NCBI GenBank assembly: GCA_958436175.1
Contig: CAUBJF010000011.1
Location: 15,507 to 79,506 of the forward strand
DNA from: an uncultured Muribaculaceae bacterium
Lineage (GTDB): Bacteria > Bacteroidota > Bacteroidia > Bacteroidales > Muribaculaceae
DNA length: 64,000 nucleotides
Direction of reading: 5' to 3'
Shown here: positions 10,445 to 18,913 of the stretch, in pieces
How the letters are laid out: the number at the start of each line of letters is the position of its first letter
How positions within the stretch are numbered: the first letter of the stretch is position 1
Notes under the pieces: model-generated
Seen by the model: only the letters and a program-made list of their open reading frames with translations
Databases searched by the model: none
What the model was told of the DNA's origin: nothing
Program-made: the position numbers and the translations under genes

Positions 10445-10466
10445 ACTAACTTTCTGTTTCAAGGTG

Positions 10467-10474
10467 CAAAGTTA
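10467..10474 (-). promoter_or_regulatory. -7 promoter element for typA (and probably the downstream run)
   Basis: TAACTTTG on the minus strand, 22 nt upstream of the ATG at 10444. Confidence 0.6.
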
Positions 10475-10588
10475 CGAAATTGAGAGCAAATAAACGCTAT
10501 TCAGAATCAAAAATATGTTTTAGAGCAGAAAAACCTATTCTTGGTATTAAAGAAGCTCCCGGCCACTTTTGATATCGGGAAAATTGAC

Positions 10589-10596
10589 TAATTTTG
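10589..10596 (+). promoter_or_regulatory. -7 promoter element for the riboswitch-btuB leader
   Basis: TAATTTTG immediately upstream of the riboswitch. Confidence 0.6.
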
Positions 10597-10604
10597 CAAT
10601 CGGA

Positions 10605-10760
10605 AAAATAGTGACTGGCGAGGAGTCGCCAAGGAACGCGGTGAGAATCCGCGACAGTACCCGCTGCTGTGAGTCCCCTTATAGTCGTTTTCGCTTATGC
10701 CACTGGCTGTTTTCAGCCGGGAAGGTGCCGTAAACCGGGACGAGTCAGAAGACCCTCTTT
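10605..10760 (+). ncRNA. Cobalamin (B12) riboswitch
   Basis: Conserved blocks in order: aaggaacgcggtgagaatccgcg, cagtacccgctgctgt, gccactg, gggaagg and B12-box gagtcagaagacc. Lies upstream of a BtuB-type transporter. Confidence 0.93.
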
Positions 10761-10863
10761 TTCCCTACCTGAACTTGCGCCTGCGGGAGAACGGGCTTGC
10801 ATCAGCAACATCTCCGACCTACGCTTCGGGCTTTGTCGGTTTTATTGTTAGAGAAGCAGCAGA

Positions 10864-10900
10864 GGTCTCCGTGCGTGAATTCCGCAAGGAGTCCTTTTTT
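10864..10900 (+). terminator. Riboswitch expression-platform terminator
   Basis: Hairpin ggtctcc-gtgcg...cgca-a-ggagtcc followed by tttttt, 18 nt before the btuB ATG. Confidence 0.7.
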
Positions 10901-10918
10901 AATGCTCATATCTCATTG

Positions 10919-12871
10919 ATGATAATACACTCTGACATATTTCGCCGCCTGGCAGCTGTATCTCTTCCCCTGGTGTTCGCTTTCGTATCGGAAGCCCAGG
11001 AAGTTGGTGACACTATCCATCATCTTGACGATGTAGTGGTCACGGCGCAGCGCAAGCCTCTCGCCACCGTGCAGACACTCGCCGGCAAAGAGCTGCAGGG
11101 GCTGTCGTCGACCTCTGTCGCCGATGCCTTGAAATACTTTGCCGGTGTCCAGATTAAGGACTACGGCGGTCTCGGCGGTCTCAAAACCATCAACGTGCGT
11201 TCGCTCGGTTCCCAGCATGTCGGGGTATATATCGACGGCATACGTCTCACCAATGCCCAGAACGGCACTGTCGACCTCGGAAAATATTCGTTGTCGACTC
11301 TCGAATCCGTTGCACTCTATAATGCCAACAAGCTCGACCAGTGCCAGTCGCCTTCGGAATATGCCTCGGGAGCCACAGTTTATCTCCGGACACGCAGGCC
11401 GGAGTCGGATTCGCTGACTGTCATGGGCGGCATAGGATCTTTCCATACATATCAGGGACGTGTCAACGCCCAGTTCAGTCATAAGGGCTGGAAAGGCTTC
11501 GTCGATGCCGAATACGTAAGCAGCCGTGGTGATTACCCTTTCCGATATAAATCGGAGTACGAGGATACTGTCGGGCGTCGACGCAACTCGGATATCAAAT
11601 ATGTCAGAGCTGAGGGCGCGCTATTTCATGGCGGTTTCTCATCGCATCTTTACTACTATATGTCGGAACGCGGCTGTCCCGGCGGCATTGTACGCCGTCT
11701 GTCCGACCGATATACCAACATAGGCCGCGAATGGGACAAGGACCTTTTCGCCCAGGCTTCGTATAACCATTCAATCGGCACTAAGCACAGACTCCTCTTC
11801 AATATAAAATACGCCCACGAGTATCTGAGATATAATACTGATTATCCGGAGAACCAGAATACAGCGAGAGTCGACAATCATTATTACTTGAATGATGCTT
11901 ATGCTTCGGCTTCGTATACGTTCATACCTTTCGACTGGTTCTCGGTCAATATAGGCTACGATGCCCGAATGTCGTGGCTCGATGCCGACTTGAAGCGATT
12001 CAGCGGCATTCGCCGTCTTGACCAGAAAGCTGTTGTCGCCACTCAGTTCAACTATAGAGGAATACGACTTGCAGCCTCGGTCCTCTATCAGCATTACCGT
12101 GACCACACTAAATTCAAAGCGGGAGCCGCCGACCCCCTGAGCAAGTTCACTCCGGCGGTTTCCCTGGGCTACAGCATTGGTCCGCTTACTCTCAGGGCAT
12201 GGTATAAGAACATCTTCCGTGTGCCGACACTCAACGACCTTTACTATACTCAAGCAGGTAACCGCAACCTTAAGCCGGAATTCACGCGGCAGTGGGATGT
12301 GGGTGTCGAATATCAGTATATTTCGACTCGTCGCTGGATGGCATCAATCCAGGCCGACGGATATATCAACCGTATCGAAGACCGCATCGTCTGCCTCCCT
12401 ATGAGAGGCACATATACGTGGACAATGCTCAACTACGGGGAAACATATTGCCGTGGCCTCAACGCTACCGCATCCTGCCGTTACATGCCCGGCGACTGGA
12501 ACTTCTCGCTCCTCACTTCGCTGACCTGGCAGAAAGACCTCAACCGTACCGACCCCGAAGACGAAGATACCTACAATCGTCCGATATGCTATTCACCGAC
12601 GATATCCTGTGGTATCACAGGCATAGTTTCGTGGAAGAATATATCGCTGACAGTCTCCGACCTTCATGTTTCGAAAAGAATGTGGTCATACGCAGACCCC
12701 AATGACATGCTGAAACCTTATAACAACATCGACTTAAAGCTCACAGGCAGATACCGTTGGTTCGTGGCCTCGCTCGAAGTCAACGACCTTCTCGACGAGC
12801 AGTACGAGCACATACCACGCTATCCTATGCCGGGTCGTAACTTCAAATTTACTCTAAGCTACACTTTGTAA
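10919..12871 (+). CDS. btuB: TonB-dependent cobalamin receptor (BtuB-like)
   Basis: Signal peptide, TonB box LDDVVVTA, plug SVADALKYFAGVQIKDYGGLGGLKTINVRSLG, FRVPTLNDLYY and terminal YPMPGRNF. Start moved to ATG 10919, downstream of the riboswitch. Confidence 0.88.
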   Translation: MIIHSDIFRRLAAVSLPLVFAFVSEAQEVGDTIHHLDDVVVTAQRKPLATVQTLAGKELQGLSSTSVADALKYFAGVQIKDYGGLGGLKTINVRSLGSQHVGVYIDGIRLTNAQNGTVDLGKYSLSTLESVALYNANKLDQCQSPSEYASGATVYLRTRRPESDSLTVMGGIGSFHTYQGRVNAQFSHKGWKGFVDAEYVSSRGDYPFRYKSEYEDTVGRRRNSDIKYVRAEGALFHGGFSSHLYYYMSERGCPGGIVRRLSDRYTNIGREWDKDLFAQASYNHSIGTKHRLLFNIKYAHEYLRYNTDYPENQNTARVDNHYYLNDAYASASYTFIPFDWFSVNIGYDARMSWLDADLKRFSGIRRLDQKAVVATQFNYRGIRLAASVLYQHYRDHTKFKAGAADPLSKFTPAVSLGYSIGPLTLRAWYKNIFRVPTLNDLYYTQAGNRNLKPEFTRQWDVGVEYQYISTRRWMASIQADGYINRIEDRIVCLPMRGTYTWTMLNYGETYCRGLNATASCRYMPGDWNFSLLTSLTWQKDLNRTDPEDEDTYNRPICYSPTISCGITGIVSWKNISLTVSDLHVSKRMWSYADPNDMLKPYNNIDLKLTGRYRWFVASLEVNDLLDEQYEHIPRYPMPGRNFKFTLSYTL

Positions 12872-12883
12872 ATATTTTACGCT

Positions 12884-14170
12884 ATGAAAATCAAAGCGAT
12901 ACTCTATGCGTTGCTTTTGGTTGTGGTCTCAACAGGCCAGTCATTCGGTCAGGAGAAAATAATCATTCTGAATGAAGGGAACTGGCAGACCGACAACGGC
13001 CAGGTGACTTATTTCGAAAACGGTCAGATAGTCAGCAACCGGTGGTTCCGGGATGTCAACGGCTACAAGCTTGGCGATACCCCGACAGATATCATACAAA
13101 TCAAGCAAGATCTTATTGCGATCTCTGTCAATTGGTCCAACATAATACAGTATATAGACCAGACGGGGCACGCCGTTGCCGCGACAGAAGATATACCAAA
13201 TCTACGGAAGCTTGCGACAGACGGAACTTATGTCTATGTAACTTCCTATGCTCACGAATGTATGGTCAACGGCTCAATGAAGACCTTCACCAAAGGATTT
13301 GTGGCAAAAGTCGATACAAGAACATTCAAGGTCGTCAATGCTACTGAGGTAGGCTATGAACCCGAGGGAATTGCTTTCTATAAGGGCTATATCTTTGTTG
13401 CAAATACAGGTGGATATGCCTTCCAGGAAGATCATGAGTACGAAAGCACTGTCAGCGTCATCAAGGCCGACAATATGAGCCTTGTTCGCAATATAGAGAC
13501 AAACCAGATCAACCTTTATGGCAAGCTGTCGCAGACGGGTCCTTATCTCTGTGTCAATTCTGCCGGCGATTCGTACGATGTGCCTGCGGCGACTATCATT
13601 CTTGATTGTGATGCCGTTCTCGACGGGAAGTCCGACCAGGAGTGCTTCGTCAAGCTGGACTATGCAGCCACATACAACACACCGACACGCGACGGTTGCT
13701 TCTATGCCGTCGGTTCGAGATATTCTTACAACAGTGGGGAATATCAGTTCAACTACATCACTATCGATCCTGCCGAAGTAATCCGGACAAAGGGGCAGAG
13801 TGGTGTCATTAATACTCTTCCCGGCTCTCTTGTTGCTGATTTCAAGAAAATGTCGATGCCCTATGGCATATATGTCAATCCCTATACCGGTTATATCTAT
13901 GCTACAGATGCCGCCTCCAATGTCGGGGCCGGGAAGCTCTATCAGTGGAATCCGGAAGGACAGCTGCTCGGCACCTATAAGGTCTACATCAATTCGGCTC
14001 ATTTTCTCGCTCTCCCACCCGACGGGCATTTTACAGGTTTAGATCCCGTTGTTGTCGGAGAACCTGAGGCTGAGGGATATATCTATGACCTGCGGGGCAT
14101 ACGCGTGATAAAACCTCTTCCGGGGAATGTCTATATCATCGACGGCAAGAAAGTGCTGTATTTGCACTAA
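12884..14170 (+). CDS. BtuG/YncE-like beta-propeller B12-binding protein with T9SS-like C-terminal tail
   Basis: NEGNW...VNGYKLGD, EPEGIA and PYGIYVNP propeller motifs typical of BtuG homologs. Non-lipoprotein signal peptide. Tail ...YIYDLRGIRV...GNVYIIDGKKV. Confidence 0.78.
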   Translation: MKIKAILYALLLVVVSTGQSFGQEKIIILNEGNWQTDNGQVTYFENGQIVSNRWFRDVNGYKLGDTPTDIIQIKQDLIAISVNWSNIIQYIDQTGHAVAATEDIPNLRKLATDGTYVYVTSYAHECMVNGSMKTFTKGFVAKVDTRTFKVVNATEVGYEPEGIAFYKGYIFVANTGGYAFQEDHEYESTVSVIKADNMSLVRNIETNQINLYGKLSQTGPYLCVNSAGDSYDVPAATIILDCDAVLDGKSDQECFVKLDYAATYNTPTRDGCFYAVGSRYSYNSGEYQFNYITIDPAEVIRTKGQSGVINTLPGSLVADFKKMSMPYGIYVNPYTGYIYATDAASNVGAGKLYQWNPEGQLLGTYKVYINSAHFLALPPDGHFTGLDPVVVGEPEAEGYIYDLRGIRVIKPLPGNVYIIDGKKVLYLH

Positions 14171-14188
14171 AACACATAAGATAAGCTT

Positions 14189-14237
14189 CATTCGGACTGC
14201 CTACGTAAACACGGTTTTGGCAGTCCGAATGTATTTT
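14189..14237 (+). terminator. Terminator after the btuB-btuG unit
   Basis: 13-bp perfect inverted repeat cattcggactgcc / ggcagtccgaatg followed by tatttt. A -7 box TACCTTTG (14239-14246) follows for the next gene. Confidence 0.75.
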
Positions 14238-14284
14238 GTACCTTTGCGAAAATATTCAACACTATATTCACTAAGCTCAAACCT

Positions 14285-15895
14285 ATGAAGTATCTGGCAT
14301 TTCTTGCAGTACCGTTAATGGCTATTATGATGTCATGTTCCAGCGATGACAATAATGTGAAAAATACGTCTGGCGACTATATACCGACAGCTTGTACAAA
14401 AGGTCTCGTTCACCTTAAGGGACATAAACTGGAATCTATAAATTCAATCTCGGCTACTGTGCTGAGCGATGAGGAGAAAGTGATGCTTTCCACTCTGGAA
14501 GGTATCATAGCCCAGTCGAGTGGCGACCAGCTTTATGTTGTCGATGGCAACTCTTCTGCCACATGGCTTAACGAGATGCAGGAAGCCTATAATATTCCCG
14601 TCAAACGTTTTGTCAAGGTTTCCGACATACTGTCGCATTATGCTTCTACCGGTTTGATCAAGGGTTATATCGTCTATGAACCTTATAAGAAACGTAAGTC
14701 ACACTCCGTAAACGTTGCGACTACTCTCAGCGGCATTCTCGGAGGCATAGCCGTATCGCGTTCACTCATACCGACTGTGAATCAGGCAGGTATTACTAAT
14801 GAACTTATAGATGTAAGCGACAAAGATGAAAAATGGCTTATGTCAGAGTACGGCAACAAGATGGACAAGTCGCTGGCAGCCGACCTCACACCAGAGATCT
14901 CATTGAATCTTCGCGACTATATGGCAATGACCCGTGGCTTCGTCTTCCGTGACGACAATGCCAAAAACAACTGGAGCTGGCGCACTTCCATACTCACGTC
15001 GTTGGACTACCTCGGGCATTGTTTCGGTTATTATGGTGCAGACGAATGGGGTATGGTCAACAATGCCTCGCAGCTTGCCGTGACGATGATTCCGAGTGAT
15101 TATGCGGCCAACCTTTCAACTCTCAGCTCTATCTATGACACCACCGGGCTCAAGCAGCGTCCGGCCGCCAAGGATGTCGAGACCGAAGAGAATGTACACT
15201 ATGTGACTTTCCTCGTCAGCGACGGCGATAACGTAGCTTTCAACTTCAACTACCTTTGCGAATACTATTCCGCAGCCTGCCACGGATCATTCCCTCTTGG
15301 CTTTACTCTTTCTCCGACACTCTACGACCTTGCCCCGGCTGTCATGCGCTGGTACTTTGATTCGGCCAAGGATACCGACTATTTCGTGGCCGGTCCCAGC
15401 GGAAGCGGTTATATCTTCCCTTCCAAGATGAAAATTGCAGACCTGGATGCCTATCTGGTCCGTCTTAATAAATATCTTGATGCCTCCGGCCTTAATATCG
15501 TCAATATTCTCGATCAGCAGCTCATGGAGAAGCCGTATATCTACAACAAGTATCTTGCACAGCCCAATATCGATGCTATTTTCTATACCGGCTACGGCGA
15601 GAAAGGCGATGGACGCATCCAGTTTTCGGATAACGGCAAGCCTGTGATAGAGCAGAGAAGTGTACTTTGGGCGAATATCGACGGTGGCGATCGAGGCGAA
15701 GAAAACTCTGTAATACAGCAGATTAATTCGCGCCCGGCCAATCCTCATATCACCGATGGCTATACCTTTGTCTTCGTACACTGCTGGTCCAAGGACCAGT
15801 ACGCTATCAAGCGTGTCGTCGACGGTCTTAACCCCAATGTCCGCGTCGTTTCTCCGGACAAATTCGTAGCCCTCATCAAGCAGAATCTCAAATAA
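14285..15895 (+). CDS. GxGYxYP-domain lipoprotein (putative glycoside hydrolase/esterase)
   Basis: Lipobox MMSC, YVTFLVSDGDN, GPSGSGYIFPS signature and FVHCWS. Confidence 0.82.
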   Translation: MKYLAFLAVPLMAIMMSCSSDDNNVKNTSGDYIPTACTKGLVHLKGHKLESINSISATVLSDEEKVMLSTLEGIIAQSSGDQLYVVDGNSSATWLNEMQEAYNIPVKRFVKVSDILSHYASTGLIKGYIVYEPYKKRKSHSVNVATTLSGILGGIAVSRSLIPTVNQAGITNELIDVSDKDEKWLMSEYGNKMDKSLAADLTPEISLNLRDYMAMTRGFVFRDDNAKNNWSWRTSILTSLDYLGHCFGYYGADEWGMVNNASQLAVTMIPSDYAANLSTLSSIYDTTGLKQRPAAKDVETEENVHYVTFLVSDGDNVAFNFNYLCEYYSAACHGSFPLGFTLSPTLYDLAPAVMRWYFDSAKDTDYFVAGPSGSGYIFPSKMKIADLDAYLVRLNKYLDASGLNIVNILDQQLMEKPYIYNKYLAQPNIDAIFYTGYGEKGDGRIQFSDNGKPVIEQRSVLWANIDGGDRGEENSVIQQINSRPANPHITDGYTFVFVHCWSKDQYAIKRVVDGLNPNVRVVSPDKFVALIKQNLK

Positions 15896-15905
15896 TTGAT
15901 TCCCT

Positions 15906-15955
15906 GAATATAAAAATAGCTCCGGACCGGCTGGCTCGGAGCTATTTTTATATTC
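15906..15955. terminator. Bidirectional terminator between convergent genes
   Basis: 19-bp perfect inverted repeat gaatataaaaatagctccg / cggagctatttttatattc. Confidence 0.9.
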
Positions 15956-15967
15956 GGGCTATATCCT

Positions 15968-18766
15968 TTAGCGGACTATCACTTTGCTGGTATTGCCGTC
16001 GATGCGTACGATATAGGCGCCGGCCGGTACGGTCAGTGAAGGAAGACGACGGCCTACGAGATCGAATACTTCGACGTTCTCATAGTCGCCACGGATGATG
16101 ATTTCACCGTCACCGCCGATAGCCACAGGCTCAGTGCGGTCGATTACTTCGTCGCTGATGCCGCTGAATACAACGTCCTTAGTCGAGAAGACAGCGAAGC
16201 TGTGAGGAGGCACGGAGACAGTGCAACGTTTGCCGTCACTGGTCAGAGTCGGTGTGAATCCGGGAGATGCCCATACAAGTTTGCTGTTGTCCTGAGTCAT
16301 ATTGTTGCAGCTGACAACAACATCTATTGTTTCGCCGCTGATGGCAGGGTTGATGAATACGACTATTTCCTTGTTCCCCGCTCCGAGGCGCATATATCGG
16401 CGGTTTGTGAACTTGGAGTTGAAGTTGAATGCCATGTAACGGGCATCCTGCTTGAACATTTCGGGGTTCTCCATTCTCAGGCCGATAAGAGCTGCGTAAG
16501 TCTCCATGAGATAGTGACGTTCGGGGTCTGCGAGCCATACTTCCCAGTCGACTATTTTGGGGTCGGTATTGTTTCCTCCGTTAGTTGTCTTGGTGGTCTG
16601 CTCGTTGCCGAATTCGCCGAACTGCCATACCATCTTGGGGCCGGGCGTGAGAAGCATCTGGGCTGCCAGTGTGCCGAGGCGCTTATAGTTGTCAAGGCTT
16701 TGACCCTTGACAGCTTCAATGCCATAAGCTGCATCCTTATATCCAAGGCGCTCCTCGTCGTGGCTCTCGGCATAGCTTATAGTCGAGCCCCAGGGACGAC
16801 CGCCGTCGTTAGCCGACAGGAAACGTACGAGATTGTTGTCGCCGTCGTCCCATCCCATTGTGAACTGGCCTGATGCGGAATTGATGTTGGCCCACTGTAT
16901 TTGGCCGTCGTTGCCCAGTGCAATCTCCTCTTCAGCGCCGGCAAGGTCTTCATTGATGTGTATGCCGTCGGGTTTTACGCTCTTGATGACATTATGGAGA
17001 CGTATCATACGGGCGATACGGCTCTGGTTGTACTGGTTCGTACCTCCTGCTGCCGCATAGCTTTCGTTGTCGCCGAGACCTTTTACGAGGTCGAAACGAT
17101 ATCCGTCGACATTGTATGCCTCCATCCAGTAACGCACGGCATCGGTCCACTGCTGCTGGACCAGGGCGTTGCCCTGATTCCAGTCATTGAGGACACTGAA
17201 CTCATGAGGAGCTACGCGGTTGTAGAAGGGATTGGATTCGATGGGATAGAGCTGATACCATGGATGCAGGCCGTCGCTCTGATTGAATACGATGTCGAGG
17301 ATGACGGCTATGCCCTGACGGTGACATTCGTTGATGAAATCCTTATAGTCCGCAGGCGAGCCGTATGCTTTGTCGGGAGCCATGTAGAAGTTGGTGTTAT
17401 AGCCCCATGAGTTATTGCCGTTGAACTCCATGATAGGCATAAGCTCCACGGCGTTGAAACCAAGCGATTTGATATAAGGAATCTTTTCGATTGCCTTGCG
17501 GACAGTACCGTTGCCTTCGGCCACACCTTCGCTGCCTGTGAAGTCGCGGAAGAGCATCTCGTAGACTACCAGCGACTCATGGTCAGGGATTGTGAACGAG
17601 TCGAAGTCATAGTCGTCGATGTCGCCTCTATAGACAGCCAGCATCACGCCGGAGAGCTTGTCGTAAGGGTATTTCGGCATGTCGGGCCACACATCGGAGG
17701 GGATGTAGTTGTCCGAGTAGCAGTCGAGGATGAGGTGGGCATAGGGGTCGGCTACCTTGTATGTGTCGTCGACAATGTAATAGTAGGGATACCACTTATC
17801 GTTGTCGAGACCCGTGACGGTAGTCCAGAAATAGCGGTTCCCTTCGTAGTCCTGATATTTCATCATATTGTCGGCCGAGGGAGCATAGTCGTTCCACGAA
17901 GGTACGAGCATGACGCTCTTTTTGCCGGGAGCCGCGAGACAGAATGTGACGCTGCCGTCGTTGTTTCGCACAGCACCCATCTTGGGTATACCGCCGGGGT
18001 AGTCTTCCGGCTGGGATGATGAGGTGTAGACCACGTTAATAGATTTGGTATAGGTCTTACCGTCGTAGATGGCTGTTGCCGTGACGGTGTTGTTGCCCGC
18101 CTTGTTGATGGTATATGTGCCGCTGAGTGTCATAGCGGCATTGGCAGAGGCGAATCTTTCGTCATTGGCCGTCAGAGTGAGATTTGCAGCAGCTGTGGTG
18201 TTGACGGTGAAGCTCATGCTCTGAGCTTCGTTGATGATGAGGCTTGGAGCGTCGCTTTCGAGTGTCATCTGGAAACCTTCGGGAAGAACTTCAACAAGGA
18301 TGTCTCCCCCAGTCGATGTCTTGCCTTCTTTGCGACCGTCCGCGGTGCGGAAGACCATGGCGATGTAGCGTACTGTTTCGTTCGGATCGGTGATTCCGAA
18401 GAAACTGCGGATAGTGCCTATGTTGAGAGTATAGGTGTTCGGTGCTACATAGGTCAGGCGGTTCTTTGGCGTATTGGCTTGTTGGGAATTGCTGCCGTCC
18501 GATTCGGGCCAGGGGGTTACGGTGTAACGCCAGTCACCTGTTGTAGTGCTGGCCGATGTGATGACACCGATGTGAGCATAGACATCGGTCGATTCGGGCA
18601 GGTCTTTAAGACCTCCGTTGCCAAGGGGCGAGTCGGCGTGATAGGTCAGTACGATGTCGTGGCTGCTTTCCTGCAGGAGGGCTGGAGAGGTATCGACAAG
18701 TTTTGCATGGCTCGGTAACACGGCGAGGGTCAGTATTGCCATGAGCGCGAAGTAGATTTTCTTCAT
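15968..18766 (-). CDS. Secreted GH13 alpha-amylase/glycogen-active enzyme with CBM48-like domain and T9SS-like tail
   Basis: ELMPIMEF...SWGYN, VILDIVFN, DGYRFDLVKG and YAESHDEER motifs. Signal peptide. Tail VFDLVGRR...GAYIVRIDGNTSKVIVR. Confidence 0.9.
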   Translation of the reverse strand: MKKIYFALMAILTLAVLPSHAKLVDTSPALLQESSHDIVLTYHADSPLGNGGLKDLPESTDVYAHIGVITSASTTTGDWRYTVTPWPESDGSNSQQANTPKNRLTYVAPNTYTLNIGTIRSFFGITDPNETVRYIAMVFRTADGRKEGKTSTGGDILVEVLPEGFQMTLESDAPSLIINEAQSMSFTVNTTAAANLTLTANDERFASANAAMTLSGTYTINKAGNNTVTATAIYDGKTYTKSINVVYTSSSQPEDYPGGIPKMGAVRNNDGSVTFCLAAPGKKSVMLVPSWNDYAPSADNMMKYQDYEGNRYFWTTVTGLDNDKWYPYYYIVDDTYKVADPYAHLILDCYSDNYIPSDVWPDMPKYPYDKLSGVMLAVYRGDIDDYDFDSFTIPDHESLVVYEMLFRDFTGSEGVAEGNGTVRKAIEKIPYIKSLGFNAVELMPIMEFNGNNSWGYNTNFYMAPDKAYGSPADYKDFINECHRQGIAVILDIVFNQSDGLHPWYQLYPIESNPFYNRVAPHEFSVLNDWNQGNALVQQQWTDAVRYWMEAYNVDGYRFDLVKGLGDNESYAAAGGTNQYNQSRIARMIRLHNVIKSVKPDGIHINEDLAGAEEEIALGNDGQIQWANINSASGQFTMGWDDGDNNLVRFLSANDGGRPWGSTISYAESHDEERLGYKDAAYGIEAVKGQSLDNYKRLGTLAAQMLLTPGPKMVWQFGEFGNEQTTKTTNGGNNTDPKIVDWEVWLADPERHYLMETYAALIGLRMENPEMFKQDARYMAFNFNSKFTNRRYMRLGAGNKEIVVFINPAISGETIDVVVSCNNMTQDNSKLVWASPGFTPTLTSDGKRCTVSVPPHSFAVFSTKDVVFSGISDEVIDRTEPVAIGGDGEIIIRGDYENVEVFDLVGRRLPSLTVPAGAYIVRIDGNTSKVIVR

Positions 18767-18826
18767 CAGGTATGTCAGTTAGTAAGTAAATATGATATAA
18801 AACAAAGTATGAGCCTTTTTCGCTGG

Positions 18827-18858
18827 CAAAATTAATAAAAGAATAAAGAAAAATCAAA
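18827..18858 (-). promoter_or_regulatory. Sigma-A promoter of the GH13 gene
   Basis: Minus-strand TTTG (18855-18858), 20-nt spacer, TAATTTTG (18827-18834). Confidence 0.6.
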
Positions 18859-18859
18859 C

Positions 18860-18888
18860 AAAAGCCCCGGGCGATAAGCGTCCGGGGC
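18860..18888 (-). terminator. Terminator of glutamate dehydrogenase gene
   Basis: Stem gccccgggcg / cgtccggggc with an A-tract on its left (U-tract on the minus strand). Confidence 0.8.
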
Positions 18889-18913
18889 AGTGGTATGCAT
18901 AAGTTGAGGTCGA

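Noticed and set aside
10697..10918. N-terminal 74 aa of the listed btuB ORF
   Set aside because: It overlaps the riboswitch and its terminator. The signal peptide begins at ATG 10919.
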